Source: Heteronotia binoei (Eukaryota). From it: a DNA stretch of 64,000 nt. The stretch lies in NCBI RefSeq assembly GCF_032191835.1, contig NW_026800101.1, forward strand, positions 124,001 to 188,000, written 5' to 3'. Each line of letters starts with the position of its first letter. Position 1 is the stretch's first letter. The notes under the pieces were generated by a model. That model saw only the letters and a program-made list of their open reading frames with translations. It did not search any database and had not been told where the DNA came from. Positions 12,201 to 24,200 of the stretch are shown in pieces. The position numbers and the translations under genes were made by a program.

Positions 12201-15200
12201 TCCATCTTGCATTGAGACAACAACAATACAGAAAACTTTTTTCAGGGCAGTGTACAACATTCTAATACAGTTCTAAAACATTTACCAGAACTTTTAAGCG
12301 TAAAAGTCGCAAGCACTGTATTAAGTTGGGGAAATCACTAATTGGGATTTTATTGTTTTTTTCATGTTTTTAATTATACATTTTAAGTCACCTTGGGCCA
12401 TGGGGAAAGATGGAATAAACTTCATAGGGAACGTAAAACCTACATTCTGGAGTTTTTGCATTGGATGTGGGAGAAGGGGGAATGACACATGTGAAAACTG
12501 AGTATTTTAGAAAAACATGTTCTGGTCCTCCACCACAGCAGAAGATCAAAATACCCCACAACTCAGTGGTTCAGCATGCACTTTGCATGAGGACTGCCCA
12601 ATTCCTGGCAACTCCAGTTATAAAGTCATCTTAGATAGCAGGTGCTGCGAAAGACATTTCTCTGCCTGGGACTCTGAAGATCTGCTGGCAGTAAAAGTGG
12701 GCAAATGCTCCAATTCAGCCAAAGGCAACTTGGTTTGTTCACAGGTCATGAACATACTACTTCAGGTCCCAGAGAAACGATAACCACTCGCCATTTGAAC
12801 TATTTTCCTGAGGGAGAAAAAAAGGCCAAAAATTATACCTCACCTCTCTGCCAACTTTCGAATTTCTTCTTCCTTGTCAAAGTTCACCACCCAGAGACGG
12901 CGCAAGAGGTTGAGCCCATTCTTCTCATCGCTATCTGGAGTTGGCAGCACCATCTGTAACTCCATCAATCCCTGAACAGAAATCAACCAGACAAATCAGC
13001 GCAAAGCTTATCTTCCGTTTCCCCACTGCTTGGCATCTCAAGGCTTCCATCTGTCTGGAGAAAGCTAAACTAGGAAGTGGCTGAACTCTCTCTTCCAGCG
13101 CTTGCAATTTGCATGTTGAGCTGTTCACCCATTGCTCCACATGAGCAGCATCATACTTCTATGTGTCACTCTTTTCACTGCCTTTCTTACTATGGCAGAC
13201 AGCCACAACCACAGGATGCTGCAAAGAATGCAAGGAAATTTTGACAGTGGCCAGACTATGCAATGTTCACAATCAAGGAATTAAGACAATGGCTCTCCCT
13301 TTTTTTTGTTCCCCGGTACCTGGCATCCCCCTTGATCCTGAACACTGGATTTAATAGTCCCGGTCATCCTTCCATATTCATAATCCCCTAGGGGAGTTGT
13401 CCACCTGCCCCCTCATCACTGTTTTCCATCAGCAAGCAAAGTCCCTTCTGTTTTGTCTGGTGTACCCTCATTGACTGACCCTTCTTCTTTGTTCTTTGCT
13501 TATTTATATGATGTTTGTTATATAACATTTTTTAAAATGGTGCCACCTCAAGGGCCCTAATTCAGCCCAAAAGCAGCACACTTTTGGTTTAGGTAAATAA
13601 ATTTAGCATAAACTTCAAGACATGAGGAGGCGTGAAGGATGGTAGCAAGCAAAGAACCCCTCCTGTCCAAGAGAGGATGTGATTCCAACGGACCCGGAGA
13701 GCTGCATCGCGAACGTTCATGCATGGAGACTGAAGGGCTTGGAGGAGCACATCGATTTCCTCTTGCTCTGCATAGGCACAACCATCCTCTCCACTGCTGC
13801 TGGCGCACAAAGCTGTCAGTGCATTCGAAGCCAAAACCTGAGAAATGTCGACGGATTTAGAATGACTACCCAAAATTCACTTTCACAACTTGAAGATTTA
13901 TTTGAGTTATTCATATGCTGCCTTCTGAAGTTTGAGAACTGCCCAGAATAGAGATCATATAAATGAGCTAACCCCAGCACTGTTCTAAGTGAATTCTTTG
14001 CTATACAACTTCTCTCAAAGCTATCCCTGGCCAAGGAAAACCTGCCCACTCCCCATCCCAACTAGTAAGAAAAAACAGCATATTCTCATGAGATCAAAAG
14101 TTCTACAGGGATCCTTGAACCAAAGAAATTCTAATCCAGGGTTGGCCAAATGTAAAAGCCACATAGAATAAATGTCAGATGTTTGAAGAAGAAGAAGATA
14201 TTGGATTTATATCCCGCCCTCCACTCCGAAGAGTCTCAGAGTGGCTCACAATCTCCTTTACCTTCCTCCCCCACAACAGACACCCTGTGAGGTGGGTGGG
14301 GCTGGAGAGGGCTCTCACAGCAGCTGCCCTTTCAAGGACAACCTCTGCCAGGGCTATGGCTGACCCAAGGCCATGCTAGCAGGTGCAAGTGGAGGAGTGG
14401 GGAATCAAACCCGGTTCTCCCAGATAAGAGTCCGCACACTTAACCACTACACCAAACTGGCTTGAGAGCCAAGCTGTTTGAGAGCCGCAAGACATGAAAA
14501 TTACACATGTCTTTATTAAAACTCTTAATACTTCCTTTGCACAGAAAGATAAAATACATATGTATGCACTTTACAACATGACCACACTAGAAGGAGATTT
14601 TTAAAAAAACAAAAGCTGGACATAACGGTCCCCATAAGACCAGCATAGGGAAAGGTTAGGGAATTATTTTTTGTGGGAAAAGGAAACACACCTGTACCAT
14701 ATAAATCACTGTAAATAACAACTCCAACAAGAGCTATGAAATTAAGGTGGAACCATGCACAGCACTCTAATTCCACCCCTCCTTCTAGTGGCTCCCTTGG
14801 CTCTTGTGCTTTCTTCCCCTGTTCTAGGTCTCCAGGCGACCTCCAGGCAACCTCTGTGGTGGAGGAGAAGAGCTTGCAAGCCTGCCCATTTCCCTCTCCT
14901 TCCCAATTCACACATGGCACTCAGAGGCTGACTGAGGTCCTGATGTTAAGCACACTTATTTGAGAGTAAGCCCGCATTAAGTTCCTCCTCAACCTCTGTG
15001 AGACACATAATATATGTGAAAAATCTGCATGTGGCTCCCAAGTCACAGTTTGACTATCCCTATTCTAATTAATGGATTATGAAGTACATTAACGGTGGGC
15101 AACTAGCCACCTTGCCAAGTACTGCCTGTTTAAGAATGGCATCTGATTCCCCCAAGGTCTCATGAAGAAGTCCTCCCTACCCTGCCTAACAGATATTTCT

Positions 15201-18200
15201 GGAGTTATTGGCCAAATGCACAACTACTCAGCACCACAGGGCCATCCATGCACTAGAACTGGGATGGCCAATGTCTATAATCCTGAGCACTACTCCATAG
15301 TCCCAGACAAGGGCTGGAAGGGGCCAACTCCATGAAGAAGTTGGCACCACATTGCAGAAAGGGCTTCCCAGTGAGTGAAATGCTTGTGCTCAAAGAACAT
15401 CCAAAACAGATATTATGTAGTGTTAGAAGTACAGAATTCCTATTGCTAACAATTCGAAAACATTAGTGAGGTCATCAGGGACAAAGGGGCAGTAACTCCG
15501 ATAGCCTGCATTTGACCCACAGGCTACCTTTTGGCCATACCTACACTGAAATAACTGGCCAATTCACCTGCAATCGTGGAGAGCCGGTTCCAATCACTTT
15601 AGTCAGGAGCAGCAGCATATCTGTACGAGGCAGTAACTCAGGACCGTTCTGACAAGCATTGAAAAAACACAAAAAAGCAAAGCATGAACATTTGTCATGA
15701 AAATGCCTTCATCTTATTACTGAGAGCAGCAGCAGCACAACCCACGGGGAACAGACAGCTCGCAATCAAAGTTAAGTGCTCCTCTGTCCAGGACCTGGGA
15801 CTTGGCAACTATTGTATTTCCCTCCATAAGCAAAAAAAAAAAAAAAATACAAAAAAGGGAGGAAGAAAGAACTTTCTGGGGTATAAGTCAAGGAAATCGC
15901 AAGGACTTTTTTGCCATCTGGTCGCAGCCAACTTACAGACACCCTGTAGGATTTTTGAGACAAGTGATTAGGCTGAGGTGGTTTGCCACTGCCCGCCTCT
16001 GCGTAGCATTCCTGCACTTCCTTAGCCATCTCCCATCCAAGTACTAATCAGGGCTGACCCTCTTTAAGCTTCGAAGAGGTCAGGTCATCCAAGCCAGTCA
16101 AATGGATGGGGAAGAATTTAAAAGCGCCCTGGTGTGCCTGAATGACAATAACTTAGGAAGAAGATGATTGGGGACCATGATGCTGGAGGAGGCCTGGGAG
16201 TAGCTCTCAAACCAAGAAGTGCCAGATGGGAAAGAGAGTGAGCGTGCAGACCAGTAAGTTTCACATTTTAGATTTTCTTTCCCAAACTTCACATATTTTT
16301 GGTTTACCTTTTTTAACCATATGTTTAATAATGGTTTCTGTTTATCATACGTTAGTTAACATTCTGTTTACCAGGACTCACTCAGAGCCTGCGCGAATGA
16401 GAAGGTTTCAAAAGCACAAAAAAGGGTAAAGATGCCTCTGCACATTTCTGGAAGACAGAACCAACTCTAACCTCATCAACCAGCAAACTCTGGTTATTTG
16501 TAGATGACCGAAGCTGTGCATGCACTGTGATGGTCTGCAGAACCTTGACCAGAAGTTCTTCTTTCTCTTCACTATCATTGGGAGTTTCCAGCAGCACCAT
16601 CTTTAGAAGAGGAAAAACTAAGGAAAATGCTGGAGCCGATAATGGCACAGGGCCTGCAAGGAGCAGAAGAAAACCAAGAAATGTCAGTGAGGAAAGCAGC
16701 TTCCACACATGCTGTGGGGCAGGCAGAATGCTTTGGCTTGTTGCATCAGAGTGCTGGGCAAGGACAACAGTTTTAACCTAGCCCTCTCCTCACTAAGCTA
16801 GTTGTCTTTCATGTTGAGGAACCATTCAAAATGAAGGGCAGGACCATGGTTCATTCGGCTTTGCAAGCAGAAGGCCTCAGGCTCAATCCATGCCTTCTTC
16901 ACATAAACGATCCCAGGGAGCAGGTGTTTGGAAAAGCCCTTCTCTGACTGGGTCCATTGGAAAGCCAGTGATGATCAGACCACTAACAATACTCCCTCTA
17001 AGCTGTGGAGTCTTGCGAGCAAAAATTGAACATATGAAGCTGCCTTATACTGAATCAGACCTTTGGTCTATCAAAGTCAGTATTGTCTTCTCAGACTGGC
17101 AGCGGCTCTCCAGGGTTTTCCACACCTATTTGCCTGGACCCTTTTTTGGAGATGCCAGGGATTGAACCTGGGACCTTCTGCTTCCCAAGCAGATGCTCTA
17201 CCACTGAGCCACCATCCCTCCAGAATCCCTCAAAAATTCTACTTTGTGAGCTACTGGCATTAAAGCTGTGAGTTAGCCATTTGGCTACTGCATAAATTAG
17301 TTTGCTCTGGAGCCACTTTTCCTGAACTAAGCCAAAAATGTGTGAGCTGGAGATTAAAAAACTGTGAGCTAGCTCACACTAACTCAGTTCAAAGGGAAGA
17401 CTGAGACCACACAATACAAAGCTAGAAAGACCAATGTTCTGGTCTAGAAAAGTCAGCTCCCTTTGAGATCTGCCACCTATAGTCACAAGTGATGAGGAGC
17501 ACTCTGCCACCCCCGTAGATGCCTCAATCTGCTGAATGTATAGATAAGGCCAAAGCTACCTCTGTAACAAAGTTTGGGGCTTGACTAGCACATGGAGGAT
17601 CTTTTTCTGTTTCAGTTGAAAGCAAGCAAGCAAACAAAAAAGACCCAAGAGATGAAAGCAAAGTTTCCACAAATTGAAAAATCTGAAAGTTGCCTCACCA
17701 GCTGCCTCCCCCTTGCTCATCCGGCCAGGAACAGTGTTTGCGTGAAGCAAGTTAACCACTCGATGGACAGCAGTGGGCAGGTCTTCCTGGCACCAGGATT
17801 CTTCCAAATCACACTCCGGCTTCATCAACCGCAGAGTCACATGACTCACTAAGGTCCCTGCAAAAAGGGGAAGAACAGCAGGAACTTGGGATTTGGCTTG
17901 CTGCAAGGGTAGTCTTACAGATGCAGACAAGAAGCCAACAACAACAAAAGAATGTTAGAAAGCTGCACTGCTGTGGCAGTACCACTGAATAAAGAACACA
18001 AACTGTGCTCTGGCACATTTGGTTAAAGCTCCATATTCTTGACTTTCTTTTAAAATGCAGTGGGGCCATTTTTATTCTTGGAGGCCAGAACAGGAATGGG
18101 GAAGAAGACAAGAGACCTCTTCAAGAAAGGCACCAGCGGAAACAGAAGTTATGAGAGAGGGTACTCAGGTTATGAAAGTTATGTGAAAGGTTTAGAGAGT

Positions 18201-21200
18201 TATGTGAGAGGGTACTTAGCAGCTCAGGGTACTCTTTTCCTCTAGGTGAAAACGAGGAACTCCCTCTCACCAGCAGGGGGCTAAACACACAACTCAGAGC
18301 TCTGCCTACATAGCTGCTCCCTCCAGGGAGAAAACAATGCTTGCGGGCTGAGCTTGGACCATAAGTGGCCAGCTGACTTGTTTTGTTTGGCACACAGACT
18401 ATGTGATCAATAACTTCAGGGATGGGAGTGCAGATGCATACTGGAGCCAAGGTGGATGAGTGGAGAGGAGACTTCACACGTCAAGGTTTCTGCCCCTTTA
18501 CTCTTATGAACACGTCTGCAGAGCACCACCATAAAAACATTACTCCTGCTATAAATTGCCAGTCAAGGGCTGGCAACCCCAAAGCACTATGGAGGGTGGG
18601 GCTTACCCAAATGGCATCCACTGATGTTGCAGTGCCACATCCTGCTGTGTAACCAATGAGACAATGTCACCTGGGTTACACAGCAGAAAGTGATGTCACA
18701 GCACCAACAGATGCAATTGTTGCTCCTGTTTTTCTCCCACTCCCTATGGAGCAGCAGCAGGAGGCAGAGGTGATTGATGCTATGCTAGCTATGCTTTGTG
18801 TGCAGGGACAGGATTTTGCCTTTTCTCTGGCTCTGCTCATGCTGCAAAACTAACGCAGCTGGCCTTTTTTGCCCTTGCTCAGATCACAGCAAGGCTCCTG
18901 TTAAAACACTGGCTGTCAAGTAGGGCCCACCTTAGCAGCTTTCTTATTCTAAACGAAAATCTGCAGACAACATTGATGTCTTAATTGCTGTTAAGTCATA
19001 TGCCCTGTTAGTTTTTCATGATAACATTCTAGTGAGCTTTATTTCATGTAAGCCATTTTGAGCCTCTTGGGAAAAGTACCGTAGTTTAATAAAACCGAAG
19101 CTTTATCAACACTAACCAAAAGTCTTCAAGTGAGCAGGCATCACACAAGACGCCAAAGAAAGGAAAGGGGTCTTAATCCGTGGAGCAGCCAATGGTGATT
19201 TTAAGAGAGGCAGGAAGGAGCCAACGAGAGCAGGGATGTACTGAGAGAGACCAGGTGGGTTCCTCTTTAGAACGGCATCTAGAAGACCCAACATGAATTC
19301 CAATTCATCATCGAGCTGCAAGAAGACACAACAGAGGTTACTTTCGAAACATGATCTAAAGAGAAAGCCAGCGTGTTCTGAATGAGAACATACACATAAA
19401 TGCACTCCTGTATTTTGTCAGGGCAAACACAGAACAAACCATCAAAGAGTCCCATGGCATACATTTTTATCCTGTCCTTCCCCCAAGGAACTCACAGCAG
19501 CATACATCGTTGCTTATTTCACATTTTATCCTTACATCATCTCATGAGGTAAGCTAGGCTGGGACAGTATAACTGGACCCAAGATCACCCCATGAGTTCC
19601 TGGTAGGGTTGCCAGGTCGAATTCAAGGAATATCAGGGCACTCTGGGAGTGGAGCCAGGAGTAAGGGTGTGACAAGCAGAACTGAATTCCAATGTGAGTT
19701 CTGGCCATCACAGTTAAAGGGACTGCACACCTTTTAAATGCCTTCCCTCCATTGGAAATAATGAAGGGTAGGGGCACCTTCTTTTGGGGTTCATAGAACT
19801 GGACCCCCTGGTCCAATCTTTTTGAAACTTGGAGGATGTTTTGAGGAGAGGTACCGGATGCTATGCTGCAAATTTGGTGCCTCTACCTCAAAAAACAGCC
19901 CTCACCCCAAGCCCCAGATACCCACAGATAAATTCTCCATTATACCCTATGGAAATTAGACTCCATAGGGAATAATGGAATGCCCAGCAGACATTTCCCT
20001 CCCTCCACCACTTTCAGACAGCCTTGAAGCAGGGGGAGGGCCTCCAAACCGGGGGATCCCCTGCCCCCACCTGGAGATTGGCAGCCCGAGTTCCTGGCCC
20101 ATTTCTACAACCCAGGTGCTGGGTGGAAACATTCAGCTATCACTGACAGGAATGGGGTGCCTGCCTGCGCTCCTGTGACAGAAATCCTAAAGCTTGCTAA
20201 GCTTAAGAGTGCCATTGCCAGGTGCTTGACGAAGGTGGGGCTACATTGTATATGGCTCTGATCAGTAAAAGGAGCCTCTGACATCAGAGGCGGAGATTTG
20301 CACAGGATTGGAGAAATCAGTTTGTCATTCTTGGAAAGGAGGCTGGTTTAGGTCCAACTTCATTTAGCATAAATATATATGGGCATCTGGGATTTTCCCT
20401 TGTTTTTAGTCTCCAGCGAAACTGGGTCCACAGGAAGTTGGGAAGGAGTTATGGACTCCTCTGATTTCTTGTTACTGCAACAAACTTTGCATATGCTCTA
20501 AGAAGTCATCTACAGCATAGGTAATGTAACTTTAGCTTAGTAAGTTCAGCTGTATTGCTTTTCATTTTAATATATCTGTGCTGTTGTTGCTATGTGCTTT
20601 TCTTTGTATTTTGTTTTGCCTTTTCCACCCCCTTTAGATCCAACTACCTTTCCCCTTTTCCCCTTTCTTTTATGATAAACCCTTGTATAAATACTTTTTT
20701 TTTGCTTTGCTTAGATCAATCTATTGCGATGAGATATTTCTCTTAATCTCTCCCCCACGTGCTAGACTGCAAAGGTTGGTTATAAATTATTGCTATTGCT
20801 CTACTACTGTGCTAGAAGACTACCCTCAGCAGGTCAGTCTACAGGTTCTCAGAAGGACCTGAGTGATAGCAGCTGGTTACCAGCGGACTTTCCAAGGAAC
20901 CTTTGGTCTAACGAGTTCCAAGCAAGGAAAGGCACCACTTTCCCCTTCCTACTGTAACAGTCTCAAGTCTTCATCTAAACCAACATCATTCTCTCCAGAA
21001 TGATGAAGAAACAGAATCCAGGAGAGGATTACGTGAAGGATTCCTTCTATGCAATTTGCCAAGGGCAGGAAGTCAACTGGAGGAAATTGGGAGGTCAACC
21101 AAGTGCTTCTCCTGACTCTTTTACTTCCCCAAGAAAAATAAAGCACTACATTAGCGACACAATTGCAGTGAGGGATGAATCCGCTGTCCAACCTGACAGT

Positions 21201-24200
21201 GAGGTGGGGGAATGCAACACGTCTGTTAACAAAACATGCAGAGACACCACAATCCCCAGGTATCCTTGCAGCACAGAGATCCTTTTTGAACCTATTCTGC
21301 CTGTCATCACAGCAAGCATTTTGCTGGAATTGTGAACGCCCAACCAGGGTCTGGGTTTAGCCCAACTCTGTCCTCACTTGCCTCTTTCAGTTCCTTCCTG
21401 GTACGGGATTCCTTTTCCAACTGGGCATTCAGCATCTCCTTCTGCTTGCTTGTGAGCTGGACCTCTTCCTTAATCCCTTTCTTCTTCTTTATCTCCTGCA
21501 GAAGACCAGTCAAGTTATTTTGTTAATAGGGAAACCACCTTCAGAAATGTAAAGCTAATGAATAAGCATGAGAAACAAAAGGAGACTTAAAGACAGACCT
21601 AAGGTGGATGCAGCAGCAAAATGTGTTTGGGGAGAATCTGGTGCCTTAAGGGGCTTGTTGGGAGTAGCCTGGGGCCCTAAGGGGCTTACTGCTAGCCCTG
21701 GGCTTTTCCCATGCAGTAGAAGCACAGCCACCCACTGGAATTAACCCATTCCTGGAACATATTAATGACTCCTCCCTGGATCACACTCCACCTGTACTTA
21801 GTGAAAACACCTAATAAATTTGGATCATATACAATCATGGCATCTTGGAAACCATTGCATTCCACTGTTCTTCAACTACTGTTTTATCTCTGTTTGTCTT
21901 TCCACCTCTCAGGTTATTTGTCGTTTTCACAAAGCCACCCAAAGTCGGTGCTCAGACTTAAGAGAGCAAAGATAACAAGCTTCAAAGACTGCCTGTGCTA
22001 CTAGTTTGATTAACCTTTCCAGCATTTTTTTAAACAAACATGATCACATCCTCTGCCCTGCCTTCCTCCAAGGAACTCAAGGTGACCTATATGGAATTCT
22101 TCCTAAGTTGCTGCCTCTAAAGCAAGCCAAGGTTGATAGATGGTGACTGGCTACAGAGTTCAAGAGGAATTTGTACCTGTACCTCTCCACCACAATATGT
22201 TGCCTATGGCTGAAGACAGCTTTTAATTAGCCTGGCCTCTTATTAAGAGGGGATTGGATAAAAATATGGAGCAGAGGTCCATCAGTGGCTATTAGCCACA
22301 GTATGTATATATACTGTATATATATATACTTTATATATATGTATGTGTGTGTGTGTGTGTATGTATATACACACACACACATATATTGGCCACTGTGTGA
22401 CAGAGAGTGTTGGACTGGATGGGCCATTGGCCTGATCCAACATGGATTCTCTTATGTTCTTCTGCTCACTCCCCCTTAGGGAAAAGCAAACTGACTCAGA
22501 CATCATCTGAAATTGTCACTGAAATTGTTTTACTGTTTTTAACATTTTTAAATTTGACTATGTTTGTTATTTTGAAAGTTGTACACCACCCTGCACCCTG
22601 AGCCCCAAGTAAGGGGAAAGGTGGTCTAAACATCTAACAAATCAGCTCTCCGTTAATTTCTGCAGCACATAAAGCCTCACCTCCTTCAGCTCCAGCTCAA
22701 TGATCTGTTCCTTGAAAGAATAGGCCTTGTTCTCCCGTTTCATGTTGGCCTTTTTCAGGCTGTCTTGTTGTGCACTGACACAGAAAAATACAGAGGAACA
22801 TGAACTACAAGAGCAATTTCAAAAAATCAATTCTGCTACAGTCACTCATCCACCCACCCCTTGGCACAGTAACGTCTCTGAACACCCCAAAAATGTTACA
22901 CATCAAATCTAATCAAATTTTATTCTTATATCCCGCCCTCCCCCGCCAAAAGGCGGGCTCAGGGCGGCTCACAGACATGGCGCGCCATGATTTAGTTAAA
23001 ACAGATAAACAATACTTTAAATATGGTACAGTTACATAAATTAATTAAAATAAATAAAAATAGGTGCTATAAATTCTATCAATCCCAGTTACATCGTATC
23101 ATACATCAGTTTCAATTATACATAAGATGGCTAAAGTTGCAATAATTTAATCCATTTTTCACCTTTGCAAGATGGATTTGTCATACAGCTCCCCTTCAGG
23201 GGTCTTCATGATGGCAAACTCCTCTAGCGTCACCTGACCCAGAGCGGGGTTTTCCAGAGAGGTGGAAATGGTGCTGATCACTTGAGGGAGCACCCTGCCA
23301 GGAGACAGGGTGGAGAGCAAGCCCACTGCATTCAGAGAGGACTATCAAAGAAAAGAGGTAGATTAAAACTCCCATCACAATTCCATATTGCAGTACCATT
23401 TCAGCGTGCTAGTGCCCAGGGCTGAGTGCCCTCAGGGGAAAAACATTACAATTCTACAGAACAACAAACCACAAGGAGCTACATACTTCACCCTTGTGTA
23501 AATATGCATCAAGGTATTTCTTATCCTGCAGAGTAAGACTGCAGATTAAAGTATTCTGCATAACTTGCTTGGGTTTTGCTCGTCTTGGGGTAGCAATGGA
23601 GCTGTGGTTCCCAGTGCAGCAGGCACTACTGCTTATTTAGAAGCAGATTTTTGAAGTCAAAATCTATTTACTGAAATGCAGCAGGGAGTCATTTGGAGAG
23701 GGGCCATCCAGGGCACATGCTATACATCCACAGATCCAAATTCTGATAGCTCAAACGGGAAGACTCTTGCTCAAGGCTCTGAAGAGCTACAGCATGTTTC
23801 ACCATATGACTGACCTAGAAAGAGCAATAGTCTCCCTCATCCTGAGGTAGCCGCATACCTTCCCAGCCGTCCCACTCCCAAACACATGCTTGCTCAAAGA
23901 TATCCCTGGAAACCATTCCCAAAGAATGAAACTGGTTACCTTATTCATGGGTCTTTGAGCCACGATTCGGTCAAAAATGTTCCCTAGATGTTTGGTGACG
24001 AAATCTTCGGGGCTGAGCTTCATCTTGATCAGGAGGGCTGGCCATAGACCAGACTGCCCTGCCACTGGAAGAGAGAAATGGCTAAAAGTGACTTAGAGGA
24101 GATTCCAATGCACACCCACCCTGGCCTCTGAGAAGACAAGACAAGCCCACGTCCAATGGCAGTCCCCCAAAAAACTCACCTAAGGAAGGATGATTGCTTA

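Noticed and set aside
18643-18685. 12-bp perfect inverted repeat as a pre-miRNA
   Set aside because: Too short, and embedded in what looks like a decayed MITE; no supporting features.
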